DNA of 64,000 nt from Tubiluchus corallicola (lineage: Eukaryota > Animalia > Priapulida). The notes beneath the pieces are model-generated. The model was not told the DNA's origin. It saw nothing but the letters and a program-made list of their open reading frames with translations, and made no database searches. Made by a program: the position numbers and the translations under genes. This document shows, piece after piece, positions 1 to 10,818 of this stretch (the stretch's first letter is position 1; each line of letters begins with the position of its first letter). The stretch spans positions 1-64,000 of the forward strand of contig JAQGDQ010002411.1 in the NCBI GenBank assembly GCA_030141605.1, in the 5' to 3' direction.

Positions 1-2294
1 CATCAGCACTGTTGTCTTCAGAGCTAACATGATGCCACTGCGATGGTGCTGAAACTTCCAAAATGCCCTGGACTCTGTTCTGCACAAAGGTGTGGAATCG
101 TCTCGACGTATTCTTAATATACTGCAGAACTATAATGCTACGAGATCAGAATTTGGAACTGTCTATGTGCATAGTTAGCTCCTTTCTTAGAATACCATCA
201 AGTTTAACTGCCAGTAAGGCAGCACAGAGCTCAAGTCGTGGAATCGTAAGACCCTTTATTGGTGCAAGACGCGGTTTTGCCATCAAAAAAGCTACATGAA
301 TATCTCCACATCCATTTTCCAAGCGTATATAGGATACAGCTCCATAAGCGACCTCTGAAGCGTCACAGAAGTGATGAAGTTGTACAGATACAGGCGTTTC
401 AAAGTCTGGTGGTTTGATGCAACGTCTAACTTTGAAATTCTCCAGCAGTACACAGTCGGACATCCATTTAATTCACTTAATTTCAGTACTGTCTTTAAGC
501 TTGCCATCCCAAGGCTTCTGCAGTCTGCACTCCTGAAACAGCAATTTTGCCTGGAGTACAAAAGCATTTACGAACCCGAGAGGGTCATAGACAGATGCAA
601 GAGAACTTAAAAGACCACGTTTCGTGTGAGCATGTTCTCTCTGCTTTACTTGTATGCCAAAACTATCACTGTCTACTTTCCACTTGACACCTAAAGCTCG
701 TTCTTCAGGAGGAAAGTCGAGCATGAGATTCTTAACGCATTTGCCAAGATGCTCTTCTGGGACATTAATCAAAGCCTGTCTTTTGTTGGAGATCCATTTC
801 GTCAAACAGAAACCTCCTTTTATGTAAGATCCTCAACAAGGGCTTTGGCCTGGTCTGCAGTCTCCACTGATTTTAAACAGTCATCTACGTAGAAGTTGCA
901 GAGCACCGTTTCTGTTACTTCTTTATCGAAATAAATAGCATTATCCGTTGCAGTCCACTTAAGTGCAAATGATGACACACTTGGAGACCAAATGCCACCG
1001 AACAAATGTACTGTCATCCTGAATGTTTGTGGTGGCTTGTCAGTTTGCCCATCTGGCCACCAGAGAAATCTAAGCATATCCCTGTGTTTAGGTGAGACGA
1101 ATACCTGATGAAACATTTCTCGTACGTCTGCCATTACTGCTACTGGATGTTCTCTGAACCGCAGCAACACGCCAATAAGTTTGTTGGTGAGGTCAGGCCC
1201 TTGAAGAACCAGATGATTTAAACACACACCTTCGCACTCAGCAGCGCAGTCAAACACGATTCTGGTCTTGTCTGGCTTATTAATGTTGAACACAGGGAAG
1301 TGGGGTACATACCATTTCACTGAGGACAATTGTTGTTCGCTTTAAATATCATCATCCACTTTCTCACAGTAACCTTTGTTGATCAGATCATTCATAGCCT
1401 GTGTGTAATTTTCTTGCAAAATAGGCTGTCTGTTAAATCTCTTACGCAAACATTCAAGCCGTTTTACTGCCACTTGGTAACTGTCAGACAAATTTTGATT
1501 CTCCTCCTTGAAGGGTATTTCTAGCTGATAATGTCCATTCACCAAAGTAACAGAGTTTTCCCAAATACTGAATGCCTTCATATCATCTCTTGACCATTTG
1601 CTTTCATCATCGCAAGCATCCATCCTCCAAAACTTCTCCACTTGTTGTTGTAAAGTATCAGATTGAGACGAAGAAAGTGAATCTGCAAGTGTGTAATTAT
1701 TGGTGGCTGACTTAAGATTCAAATTACCGCCCCTATAGGGCTGTTAAGTGACCATCCAAGCTTTGTCCTTGTCGCATATGGTGCATCTTTTCCATCTGCT
1801 CTTACCTCGAGTGGAATTAGAGCTTCTGGGACATCCTGGCCAATTAAAAGTCCTATCTCTAAGTTCTGCATCTCATTAAAACTAGTCAAGGCTGTTGCTA
1901 GATCTCGAAGGTGAGGCCATTGCTCCACATCACGATTAGTGACCAGGCTTTGTTCATCTAGCATAATCACAAGTCTCACAAATATGCAGGGCAACAACAA
2001 TTTATTGTTTCCTTTCACATCCGTCACTGTCATGTTCGTAACTGTTGTGTCAACTTCACAATGCTTCTCCATAGTAGTCAGTTTCAAAACGTCTCTTAGC
2101 CCTTGAGCACCTATGCTGTCAAATAAATGCTGCGAGCAAAAGGTGTTGGTCGATCCATTGTCCAGAAGAGCCAACATAGTTATTGGAGTTTTCCCTTCGA
2201 CCTGAACTTTCACAGGAAGTATGGGAAGTACCACCTTTCTCCCGATGTTATAACTGTGGCTAGCACATGTCGTCACTTCTCTACTATTTTGCAT
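1..2294 (-). mobile_element. Degenerate BEL/Pao LTR-retrotransposon pol fragment (aspartic protease - reverse transcriptase - RNase H), eukaryotic (metazoan) type
   Basis: Minus-strand ORF pieces in Pao order: protease (VLPILPVKV...ALLDNGSTNTF...LLIGQD...TKLGWSL), RT ([71 protein letters not shown]), GGFxLTKWISN, ALGVKW, TKRGLLSSLASVYDPLG, RNase H ([64 protein letters not shown]). In-frame stops at 1342, 473 and 146; frameshifts near 1720, 815 and 60. GC is visibly higher than the rest of the window. No LTR seen. Confidence 0.93.
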
Positions 2295-2555
2295 ATGTCT
2301 ATAAGTCAGTTCCCTAGAGGTAAAAATACCATAGGATATGCCATAAGAAATGACAGATACAGGTATGTAGAGTGGTGGAAAGGAGACAACACTGTTGATT
2401 TAGATTTTACAGATGCGAAAACACAAGCCCGAGAGTTGTATGACTATGAAAAAGACCCACAAGAAACAGAAAACCTAATAAGGGATAAAAAGTACTTTAA
2501 AATACAAGCAGCAATGAGGGAGCAGTTAAGGGCTTATCTTGGTATAAAAAAGTAG
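2295..2555 (+). pseudogene. 3' fragment of a sulfatase (iduronate-2-sulfatase/choline-sulfatase-like C-terminus), truncated at the retroelement junction
   Basis: SISQFPRG..IGYAIRNDRYRYVEW..RELYDYEKDPQETENL is a typical sulfatase C-terminus; the N-terminal catalytic part is absent and upstream sequence is BEL/Pao. Confidence 0.8.
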
Positions 2556-2627
2556 TGCCACCAATAAAATGACAAAATAATGCTTGTTATGACCCTGCTA
2601 CAGAATGTCCTTAAAAAGATGAAAAAC

Positions 2628-2660
2628 AGCCGTGTTGTGCAACCCAGTACGGCTTTCTTT
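2628..2660 (+). terminator. Putative intrinsic terminator after the sulfatase fragment
   Basis: AGCCGTGTTG...CAGTACGGCT stem (two G-U pairs) followed by TTCTTT. Confidence 0.5.
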
Positions 2661-2682
2661 GTCCTATTTCTATATTTTGGAT

Positions 2683-3485
2683 TTAGGGAGAGTAATTGTT
2701 GAATATTTCTTCATATTTATCAGACTTCTCGTATTCTCCTATATCTTTGTGTAATTTACTTAGGTGGAAATAGCATAATCTTTTTAAAGAGCTTGCTCTA
2801 AATTCTCCTGTTGTTTCCTCTTTATTTATTGCAGTAGTAAAATCATTTATTGCCTTGGGGACATTGCCTAGTCTTTGATGTAAGTTCCCTCTTACAAAAA
2901 AAGGTTTTATTTCTTTTGAGTTTAATTTTATTGCTATATTATATTCTTCTAAAGCTTTTGACAGTTGGCTCATTTCTTCATAAATATTTCCTTTTATGAT
3001 ATATGCTTCGTATTTATCAGGTGCTAACACTATTGCTTTATTTATATCCTCCAAAGCTTTGTTATAGTTACCAACAAGTTTATACGCCAATGCTCTGTGG
3101 GATAGAATGTTGAAATTTTTTGAATTAAGTTCTACTGCTATATTGTAATCTTTGATAGCTTTGTCAATCTCACCAGTAATTTCATAGTTCCTTGCTCTGT
3201 AAAAATATGCTTTGAAATTTTTTTTATCTATACCAATTACTTTTGTGAGATCTGCTATTGCTTCTTTATAATGAGCAATAAATTCATAGGCTCTTGCTCT
3301 TAATATTAAAGTTTCTGTACTATTAGGATTGGCAGTTAGCTCTTTTGTATAAAGGTCTATGTAATAAGATGGGTTGTCGTATATCTTTATGTATAAAGAT
3401 TTTTTTCTTCTGTTATTTGTGCAAAGATTATTGTACTTGTAAGTATGAAGATGGATATTGTATGTACTATTCTGAAAATTCTCAT
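2683..3485 (-). pseudogene. Secreted TPR-repeat protein, frameshifted in an A7 tract
   Basis: ATG at 3485 gives the signal-peptide-like MRIFRIVHTISIFILTSTIIFAQ and then a stop; another frame from the A7 tract (3400-3406) continues with TPR repeats into the 2683..3090 ORF. Confidence 0.75.
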
Positions 3486-3626
3486 TGGTTTGAGAAATAA
3501 AAATAAAATAATTGTAAAATTAAACATTATTTCATTTTGAATTAATCATTTATTTGAATAAAAAAATATACTTTTGAAACATAATATTTAATAAGTAAAG
3601 GTTACAATTTAATACATTTTTTTATA

Positions 3627-4559
3627 ATGAGAATAAAAAACAATTTATTGCTGCTGGGGGTAAGTTTACTTTTCTTTGCTTGTAGTGGTTCTAATAGTAA
3701 GGATGTAAAGGGGGTAATAAGGGTTGATGGTTCAAGTACGGTATATCCTATTACGGAGGCTGTAGCCGAGGAGTTTAGGAGGGATTTTAGGAAGGTGAAG
3801 GTTACGATAGGGGTATCTGGTTCTGGGGGTGGTTTTAAGAAGTTTTGTAGAGGCGATATAGATATTTCGGATGCTTCGCGACCTATAAAGGACAGTGAGA
3901 TTGAAGATGCGAAAAAAAATGGTATAAGTTATTTGGAGTTGGAAGTAGCATATGATGGTTTGGCTGTGTTGGTTAATCCTAATAATGATTGGGTAGATTA
4001 TTTTACGGTGGAGGAGTTGAAGAAGATATGGGAACCTGCAGCACAGGAGAAGATTAAGTATTGGAATCAGATAAGACCAGAGTGGCCTGATAAGGAGATT
4101 CATCTATTTGGGCCGGGTATTGCTTCAGGTACTTATGATTATTTTGTGGAGGCTATTGTGGGTAAGGATAAAGGTAGCAGGGGTGATTTTACGGCCAGTG
4201 AGGATGATAATGTACTGGTGCAAGGTGTAGCTAATGATAAGTATGCTTTGGGATTTTTTGGGTTGGCGTATTATGAGGAGAATAGAGAAAAGTTGAAACT
4301 GGTAGGCGTGGATGGTGGGAAGGGAGTAGTGCTTCCTTCTTTGGAGACTGTGAAGGATGGTACTTATGCTCCTCTTTCGCGTCCACTGTTTGTTTATGTG
4401 AATTCTAAGGCTATGAAGCGTGAGGAGGTTATTAAGTTTATTAAGTTTTATTTGAGGAATGCAAGTGATTTAGTGGAGGAAGTGGGATATATTCCTTTGT
4501 CGGATGAAGATTATGCAAGTCAGCTAATTAGTTTTGAGAGTTTTATTGAGGGGATGTAG
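3627..4559 (+). CDS. pstS: Phosphate ABC transporter substrate-binding lipoprotein
   Basis: Lipobox FFAC; [38 protein letters not shown] motifs. Confidence 0.96.
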   Translation: MRIKNNLLLLGVSLLFFACSGSNSKDVKGVIRVDGSSTVYPITEAVAEEFRRDFRKVKVTIGVSGSGGGFKKFCRGDIDISDASRPIKDSEIEDAKKNGISYLELEVAYDGLAVLVNPNNDWVDYFTVEELKKIWEPAAQEKIKYWNQIRPEWPDKEIHLFGPGIASGTYDYFVEAIVGKDKGSRGDFTASEDDNVLVQGVANDKYALGFFGLAYYEENREKLKLVGVDGGKGVVLPSLETVKDGTYAPLSRPLFVYVNSKAMKREEVIKFIKFYLRNASDLVEEVGYIPLSDEDYASQLISFESFIEGM

Positions 4560-4638
4560 GTAATGTTAAGTTTGTTTGATAGGTGTTGAGAGGAAATTTT
4601 ATGGTTTCTATAATAAAAGGGTTGTATATTTTTGTATA

Positions 4639-5514
4639 ATGAAACTGAAAGAAAAGGTAATTGAAAAAGGGTTAGCTGGAAGTGCTTTTATTACTGTTCT
4701 GGTTACTGCTGGTATTGTTTGGATTCTTTTTAGTGAGTCGTTTTCTTTTTTTAGGGAGGTTTCTGTTTTTGATTTTCTAACAGATAGTCAGTGGACACCT
4801 CTTTTTGCTCAGAAGCATTTTGGTATTTTGCCTTTGGTGTGTGGTACTTTGCTTATTACTTTTATTGCTATTGTGGTAGCGTTGCCTATTGGTTTGTCTG
4901 CGGCTATTTATTTGAATGAATATGCTCATAAGAGGGTGAGAAAGGTAGTGAAGCCTTATTTAGAGGTGCTGGCTGCTGTGCCTACTGTGGTATATGGTTT
5001 TTTTGCGTTGGTGGTAGTTACTCCTGCCTTACAGGTGGTTATTCCTTCTTTGTCGGGTTTCAATGCTTTGTCAGCGGGTATTGTTATGGGTATTATGATT
5101 ATTCCTTTTATCTCTTCTCTTAGTGAGGATGCTCTTTATGCTGTGCCTAAATCGTTGCGAGAGGCTTCTTATGGTATGGGCGCTACTCGTTTTCAGACGG
5201 CGTTTAAGGTTTTGGTGCCTGCGGCTTCTTCGGGTATTATTGCTTCTGTTATTTTGGCTATTGCACGAGCTATTGGCGAAACAATGATTGTGTCTATTGC
5301 AGCAGGTCAGCAGCCTCGTTTGACTTTGAATCCGCTTGTGCCTATTGAGACTATTACTGCGTATATTGTTCAGGTGAGTTTGGGAGATGTGCCACATGGT
5401 TCTATTGAGTATAAGACTATTTTTGCAGCGGGTTTTACATTATTTGTTTTTACTCTTATTTTGAATAATATTAGTTTTTGGATTATTAGAAAATATCGTC
5501 AGCGGTATGAATAA
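4639..5514 (+). CDS. pstC: Phosphate ABC transporter permease
   Basis: [34 protein letters not shown]; start set at ATG 4639. Confidence 0.95.
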   Translation: MKLKEKVIEKGLAGSAFITVLVTAGIVWILFSESFSFFREVSVFDFLTDSQWTPLFAQKHFGILPLVCGTLLITFIAIVVALPIGLSAAIYLNEYAHKRVRKVVKPYLEVLAAVPTVVYGFFALVVVTPALQVVIPSLSGFNALSAGIVMGIMIIPFISSLSEDALYAVPKSLREASYGMGATRFQTAFKVLVPAASSGIIASVILAIARAIGETMIVSIAAGQQPRLTLNPLVPIETITAYIVQVSLGDVPHGSIEYKTIFAAGFTLFVFTLILNNISFWIIRKYRQRYE

Positions 5515-6364
5515 CAGACAGAGAAATAAGTTTATAGATACTGGTTTTAAGTATGTGGGTATTTTTAGTACGTCGATAGGTTTGGTATTGTTGGCTGTAT
5601 TTATTGTTTATATTGCGGTGGTGGGTTTGCCAAGAATTAATTGGGATTTTATAGTGAGCTTGCCTTCTCGTTTGCCTGCTAGGGCTGGTATTCTTACTGC
5701 TTGGACGGGGACATTGTGGATTTTGGTGCTTACTTCTATTATATCTATTCCTCTTGGAGTGGCTGCTGGCTTGTATTTGGAGGAGTATGGTAAGAAGAAT
5801 AGGTTAAGTCGTTTGATTGAAATAAATATAGCAAATTTAGCAGGTGTACCTTCTATTATTTATGGTATTTTAGGTTTGGAAATTTTTGTTCGCATTATGA
5901 ATTTTGGTAATACTATTTTGGCTGGAGCTTTCACCTTGTCGTTGTTGATATTACCTATTATTATAGTAGCTACACGCGAAGCTATTAAGTCTGTTCCGCA
6001 TACTTTGCGAGAGGCTTCTTATGGTTTGGGTGCTACGAAGTGGCAAACGATATGGTATCAGGTGTTACCAGCGGCTTCTAATAGTATTCTTACGGGTGTT
6101 ATTTTGGCTCTTTCGCGGGCTATTGGAGAAACTGCTCCGCTTATTGTGATAGGGGCGGTGGGTTATGTGCCTTTTGTGGCAGCCCATCCACTGGAAGAGT
6201 TTACGGTGTTGCCTATGCAAATATTCAACTGGGTATCTCGTCCGCAACACGGGTTTATGGTCAATGCTGCAGCAGCAATTTTGGCATTGTTGTTTTTTGT
6301 TTTTGCTATGAATGGTTTAGCAGTTTATTTGAGGAATAAGGCTCAAAAGAGAATGAAGTGGTAA
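5507..6364 (+). CDS. pstA: Phosphate ABC transporter permease
   Basis: [34 protein letters not shown]. Confidence 0.95.
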   Translation: MNNRQRNKFIDTGFKYVGIFSTSIGLVLLAVFIVYIAVVGLPRINWDFIVSLPSRLPARAGILTAWTGTLWILVLTSIISIPLGVAAGLYLEEYGKKNRLSRLIEINIANLAGVPSIIYGILGLEIFVRIMNFGNTILAGAFTLSLLILPIIIVATREAIKSVPHTLREASYGLGATKWQTIWYQVLPAASNSILTGVILALSRAIGETAPLIVIGAVGYVPFVAAHPLEEFTVLPMQIFNWVSRPQHGFMVNAAAAILALLFFVFAMNGLAVYLRNKAQKRMKW

Positions 6365-6416
6365 AAAGTATATGGTTGCCAAAGTTAAAAGAAGACGAAT
6401 ATAATTAAATACAGTT

Positions 6417-7199
6417 ATGTCAGATTCAATAAAAGAAGGGGTTAAAAAAAATAGTATTGAAACAAGGGATGTGAGTGTGTATTATGGTGATAATCAGGTT
6501 TTGCGCGATGTGAACGTTGAAATAGAGCCTAATAGTGTGGTGGCTTTGATTGGTCCTTCAGGATGTGGTAAATCTACGTTTTTACGTTCGTTCAATAGGA
6601 TGAATGATTATATTGAAGGTTTTAGGAAAGAGGGTGATATTGTTGTGGAGGGTGAGGATGTTTATGGGCGGGGTGTATCAGTGGAGGATTTGAGGAAGAA
6701 AATAGGTATGGTGTTTCAAAAGCCTAATCCGTTTCCTAAGTCTATTTACGAAAATGTGGTGTATGGTTTGCGAATTCAGGGTATAACGAAAAGAAGTGTG
6801 TTGGATGAGGCGGTTGAGAAATCGCTGAGGAAGGCCGCTTTGTGGGATGAGGTGAAGGATGATTTGAAGAAGTCGGCATTGGATCTTTCGGGTGGGCAGC
6901 AACAAAGATTGTGCATTGCTCGTACTTTGGCAGTGGAGCCTTCTATTATTTTGATGGATGAGCCTGCATCTGCACTGGATCCTATTTCTACTTCTAAGAT
7001 TGAAGATTTGATTTATCAGTTGAAAGAAAAATATACAATAGTTATAGTTACTCACAATATGCAACAAGCGGGTAGGGTAAGTGATAAGACGGGGTTTTTC
7101 TATCTTGGTGAGTTGCTGGAGTATGGTAGTACGAAGCAGGTTTTTACTAATCCTAAGCACGAGAAAACGGAGAGCTATATTACGGGTAGGTTTGGATAG
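6417..7199 (+). CDS. pstB: Phosphate ABC transporter ATPase
   Basis: [38 protein letters not shown]. Confidence 0.97.
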   Translation: MSDSIKEGVKKNSIETRDVSVYYGDNQVLRDVNVEIEPNSVVALIGPSGCGKSTFLRSFNRMNDYIEGFRKEGDIVVEGEDVYGRGVSVEDLRKKIGMVFQKPNPFPKSIYENVVYGLRIQGITKRSVLDEAVEKSLRKAALWDEVKDDLKKSALDLSGGQQQRLCIARTLAVEPSIILMDEPASALDPISTSKIEDLIYQLKEKYTIVIVTHNMQQAGRVSDKTGFFYLGELLEYGSTKQVFTNPKHEKTESYITGRFG

Positions 7200-7250
7200 T
7201 AGAGGCACTAAATTAAAAAGTAGTAACCTAATTTAAAGTTTTATATAGTT

Positions 7251-7949
7251 ATGACGCAAACACACTTAGAGGTAGAGTTGGAACAGTTAGAAGAGGCTGT
7301 AATGGAAATGATGGAACTTGTGAAAAAGCAATTGGAAAAAACTCAAGAAGCCCTTTTAAATTTAGATGTAGATGTAGCTGAAGAGGTTATACATAATGAA
7401 AAGAGGGTAAATGCTATGGAGCTTAGTATTGATAGGGATTGTGAAAATATTTTTGCTCTTTTTAATCCTGTAGCGAAAGATATGCGGTTTGTAATAGCTG
7501 CGTTGAAAATCAACTCTGATTTAGAGCGTATTGCTGATTTGTCAGAGGGGATAGCAAAATACGTTCTTGATATGGAGACGTCTATTGACAAGGAGCTGTT
7601 GAGAAATATGAGGTTAAGCGAGATGTTTGATGTTTCAGTAGCTATGATGAACAATCTTTTGGAGGCTTTTGACGAAGGGGATACTTCTGTGGCAAGAAAG
7701 CTGTTTAAGAAGGATAAAGTGATAAATGAAATACATAAGAGTTCTATACAGATAATTAAGAATTTTGCAAAGAAAGATGTTGAAAATAACATTGATGTAG
7801 TGTTGTACCTTGCTTCTACTATAAAAAAGATAGAAAGGATAGGAGACCACGCAAAGAATATAACTGAAGATTTAATTTTTTACATAGATGCAGAGGTGCT
7901 AAAGCACAAAAAGAAGAATAAAAATAAGAACAAGAATAAGAAGGAGTAG
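7251..7949 (+). CDS. phoU: Phosphate signalling protein PhoU
   Basis: PVAKDMR..LKINSDLERIAD, IERIGDHAKNI; follows pstB. Confidence 0.95.
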   Translation: MTQTHLEVELEQLEEAVMEMMELVKKQLEKTQEALLNLDVDVAEEVIHNEKRVNAMELSIDRDCENIFALFNPVAKDMRFVIAALKINSDLERIADLSEGIAKYVLDMETSIDKELLRNMRLSEMFDVSVAMMNNLLEAFDEGDTSVARKLFKKDKVINEIHKSSIQIIKNFAKKDVENNIDVVLYLASTIKKIERIGDHAKNITEDLIFYIDAEVLKHKKKNKNKNKNKKE

Positions 7950-7994
7950 TAATTAATATTTATTTCAATATAATTATTAAAGTCTATAAGTTTT

Positions 7995-8900
7995 TTATAA
8001 TTGCAGTGTTTCTAATCTACTATTAATTATGCTATAATACACGTCTTTGTGTTCTTGTGGTAGAAGGCTTTTTTCTATGAGTAAAAACCATTCATTAAGA
8101 GCTGTGTTGAAATGTTGTAATATTTTTGATATTACTGTTGAGTTGAGCGATAGTTTATTATTTGCAAAGTAAAAGAGAAAATCTTCTTCTATAAAGCCTT
8201 TTGCTTTATCATTGAGCAATAATCCAAGTTCCATTTCAGGTTGTTGATTATAAATATAGGCATTGTGGGCATTATAAAGTGGGCTTAGTTCAGTTTTATT
8301 GTTTCTTTTAATGAGAGCAAGGTTTTGTAGGTTTAATGTATTGTTTCCTATGAGAAAACTTAGTAATAATAATTTAAAGAGTTTTATTTTTTCTATTTGT
8401 GGGAAGGTGGTGTGTTGTTCTATAATATGTATCAGTTCTTCGTAAGATGCAGTTTCATTTGTGTTTATAGGTTTTTGTAATAGTTGGGCGAAATTTTCAA
8501 AATGTAGTTTGTTGTTTCTTCCTTTACTGTCGGGAGAGAGTATAAAGTGTATAAGTTGTTGATTCTGGTTATAAATTAGTCCGTGAAGAGGTGTTTCTAT
8601 GCCTACTGTTTTGGCTATTTTTAGGCTAAGGTCTTGATTTTCGGGCAAGTTTTTCTTTGTGGGATGTTGTAGTTTTAGTAAATATTTTCCTTTCTTATCG
8701 TCCCAAACAAATGTGTTCTTACTTATTTTTAGGCTGCCTTTTACTACGATTTGTTCTTTGTCGGAAGGATGGTTTGTTATTATTTCCTTGTCATTAAAAG
8801 GTTGGATGTCTTTTAGTCTGTGTGAGAGCTTTGCCAAGCCTCTTCTTGAATAGTTTTGGTTGTCTTCTGTAGTTTCGTATGTAATAGGGCAACTTTTCAT
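7995..8900 (-). CDS. HipA/HipT-like kinase-fold protein with degenerate catalytic motifs
   Basis: CPITYE N-terminus, YLLKLQH..LPENQDLSLKIA..GIETPLHGL, ENFAQL, TFPQIEKIKLF..FLIGN, ELSPLYN match the layout of HipA C-terminal-domain proteins. Confidence 0.8.
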   Translation of the reverse strand: MKSCPITYETTEDNQNYSRRGLAKLSHRLKDIQPFNDKEIITNHPSDKEQIVVKGSLKISKNTFVWDDKKGKYLLKLQHPTKKNLPENQDLSLKIAKTVGIETPLHGLIYNQNQQLIHFILSPDSKGRNNKLHFENFAQLLQKPINTNETASYEELIHIIEQHTTFPQIEKIKLFKLLLLSFLIGNNTLNLQNLALIKRNNKTELSPLYNAHNAYIYNQQPEMELGLLLNDKAKGFIEEDFLFYFANNKLSLNSTVISKILQHFNTALNEWFLLIEKSLLPQEHKDVYYSIINSRLETLQL

Positions 8901-9012
8901 AGTTTAGTATTTTCTATTTTTATTTTTCAAATAATTAATAATTTCAGCTGTGATGAATTAAAATATCTAATTAGTTTTTTATTAATGTTAAATTTATCAT
9001 ATAATTATTAGA

Positions 9013-9222
9013 TTATATGTTTTTGAATGGTAGTAGGTTAGCAAGAAACGTGTAAGATTTTTCAAATTCGCATTTTCCTTTTTGGCAAGGTGTTGTAAGT
9101 AAGATAGGTTTTGTGTTTTTATTGTTATATTTAAATACATATGGCTGATTAGACTGATTAGGGATAATTCCCAAAAATGTTTCTATCATTTTTTTGCCTA
9201 TGTAAATTTTAGTTTTTTGCAT
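9013..9222 (-). pseudogene. Truncated HipA N-terminal-domain (HipS-like) protein
   Basis: YVFKY...PILLTTP...FLANLLP motif between the HTH and the kinase; stops early, and the remaining ~110 bp look decayed. Confidence 0.6.
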
Positions 9223-9457
9223 TTATGCTTTGTTTAAACTCTTCTATAAGTGGGCTGGTAAATAGGACTGTGATATTTAGAGTTTTTAATATTTGATTCA
9301 GTGTTTCTATACGAACGTTTTTTATGCCATTTTCTATATCGTATATTACGGTTTTGCCCAAGCCTGCTATTTCTGCAAGTTCTATTCTGGATAGTTTAGC
9401 TTTTTTTCTATGGAAGTGGATTAACTTTCCCAAACTTTTTTTATTTTCTATTATCAT
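9209..9457 (-). CDS. XRE-family HTH regulator (HipB-like)
   Basis: LGKLIHFHRKKAKLSRIELAEIAGLGKTVIYDIENG; first gene of the hip-like triplet. Confidence 0.85.
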   Translation of the reverse strand: MIIENKKSLGKLIHFHRKKAKLSRIELAEIAGLGKTVIYDIENGIKNVRIETLNQILKTLNITVLFTSPLIEEFKQSINAKN

Positions 9458-9520
9458 AATTTTATATTTTGAGCAAAAATATAAAAAGATATATAAAAAA
9501 ACATTTTTTTGCAGTAATTT

Positions 9521-10726
9521 TTAATACTCATCGTATAAAAAATCATTGTATGGAAAACGTGTGATGTGTATTTTCTTTACATTATCATAGATTAGACTTC
9601 TAAAATTTTCGAAATTATTTTTTTCTTTTGCAGATATGAAGATGCAGGGTGCATTAGTTTGTGCCAACCAGATTTTTTTAAGTTCATTAATGGTTTGGTT
9701 TTCTTTGGTCTTTGGGCTAAGGTCATCTTCGTCTTTTGGAATATAAGTGTAGGCGTCTACTTTATTGAACACTAAATAAGTTTTTTGATTATTAGCATTT
9801 ATTTCGTGCAGTGTTTTTTTTACTGTGTTTATTTGTTCTTCAAATTGTGGGTTAGAGATGTCTACCACGTGCAATAGTATATCAGCTTCTCTTACTTCGT
9901 CAAGGGTGGATTTAAAGGATTCTACTAGATTATGTGGTAGTTTTCTTATAAAGCCTACGGTGTCTGTAAGTAGAAAAGGTAAATTTCGTACTACTACTTT
10001 TCTGACAGTGGTATCCAATGTTGCAAAAAGCTTGTTTTCTGTTAGTATATCTGCCTTACTAAGTACGTTCATTATTGTAGATTTGCCCACATTCGTATAG
10101 CCTACCAATGCTACTCTCACCAGTTTACCCCTGTTTTTTCGTTGTGTGGCTTTTTGTCTGTCAATTTTTTCTAATTTCTTTTTAAGGAGAGCTATCCTAT
10201 CACGTATAATTCGCCTGTCAGTTTCTATCTCCGTTTCTCCAGGACCTCTAAGCCCTATCCCCCCTTTTTGCCTTTCTAGGTGAGTCCACATTCTGGTGAG
10301 GCGAGGTAATAGGTATTGATATTGTGCAAGTTCTACTTGTGTTTTAGAATGTGATGTTTGAGCTCTTTGGGCAAAAATGTCAAGGATAAGGTTTGTTCTA
10401 TCTAACACTCTTATTTCCAATGTTTTTTCTATATTACGAAGTTGTGAAGGCGATAGTTCATCATCGAAAATTACGATATCTATTTTTTTAGATTTTATGA
10501 ATTTGCTTATTTCTATAAGTTTTCCTTTACCTACGAATGTGGTAGGAGAGGGGAGGTCTAATTTTTGAGTAAATTTTTTTATGATTTTAAGCCCAGATGT
10601 ATCTGCTAGTAATTCTAATTCGTCTAAATAGTCGCTTACTTCTTTTTCTGTTTGTGTGCGGGTTATTACTCCTACAAGAACTGCTGTTAGCTGCTTTTTT
10701 TTAGTTGAAAAATACTTATCTCCCAT
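9521..10726 (-). CDS. hflX: GTPase HflX
   Basis: GPGETEIETDRR, GYTNVGKST, LFATLD, DTVGFI, NKVD. Confidence 0.97.
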   Translation of the reverse strand: MGDKYFSTKKKQLTAVLVGVITRTQTEKEVSDYLDELELLADTSGLKIIKKFTQKLDLPSPTTFVGKGKLIEISKFIKSKKIDIVIFDDELSPSQLRNIEKTLEIRVLDRTNLILDIFAQRAQTSHSKTQVELAQYQYLLPRLTRMWTHLERQKGGIGLRGPGETEIETDRRIIRDRIALLKKKLEKIDRQKATQRKNRGKLVRVALVGYTNVGKSTIMNVLSKADILTENKLFATLDTTVRKVVVRNLPFLLTDTVGFIRKLPHNLVESFKSTLDEVREADILLHVVDISNPQFEEQINTVKKTLHEINANNQKTYLVFNKVDAYTYIPKDEDDLSPKTKENQTINELKKIWLAQTNAPCIFISAKEKNNFENFRSLIYDNVKKIHITRFPYNDFLYDEY

Positions 10727-10748
10727 ATTGTAAATAGTATGTAATTAA

Positions 10749-10784
10749 AAAAGGACTTCTTGGTTGAGAATAAGAAGTCCTTTT
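10749..10784. terminator. Intrinsic terminator downstream of tonB
   Basis: AAAAGGACTTCTT...AAGAAGTCCTTTT perfect inverted repeat. Confidence 0.7.
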
Positions 10785-10818
10785 GACATATAATTGAAAT
10801 TCATTATATTCTATATGA

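Noticed and set aside
146-475. TGA-to-Trp recoding (two TGA at conserved Trp positions in the retroelement)
   Set aside because: The same element also has a TAA and frameshifts, and TGA ends bacterial genes here; these are ordinary TGG>TGA mutations
820-1329. Prokaryotic RT system (retron, DGR, group II intron, defence RT)
   Set aside because: The flanking aspartic protease and Pao-type RNase H motifs identify an LTR-retrotransposon pol; no ncRNA, TR/VR pair or effector is seen
2127-2555. 142-aa ORF as one real gene
   Set aside because: Its first ~56 codons are antisense to the retroelement protease; only the 3' part is sulfatase-like
3570-3620. Pho box upstream of pstS
   Set aside because: Only loose TTACA/ATACA-like hexamers without clear 11-bp phasing in very AT-rich DNA
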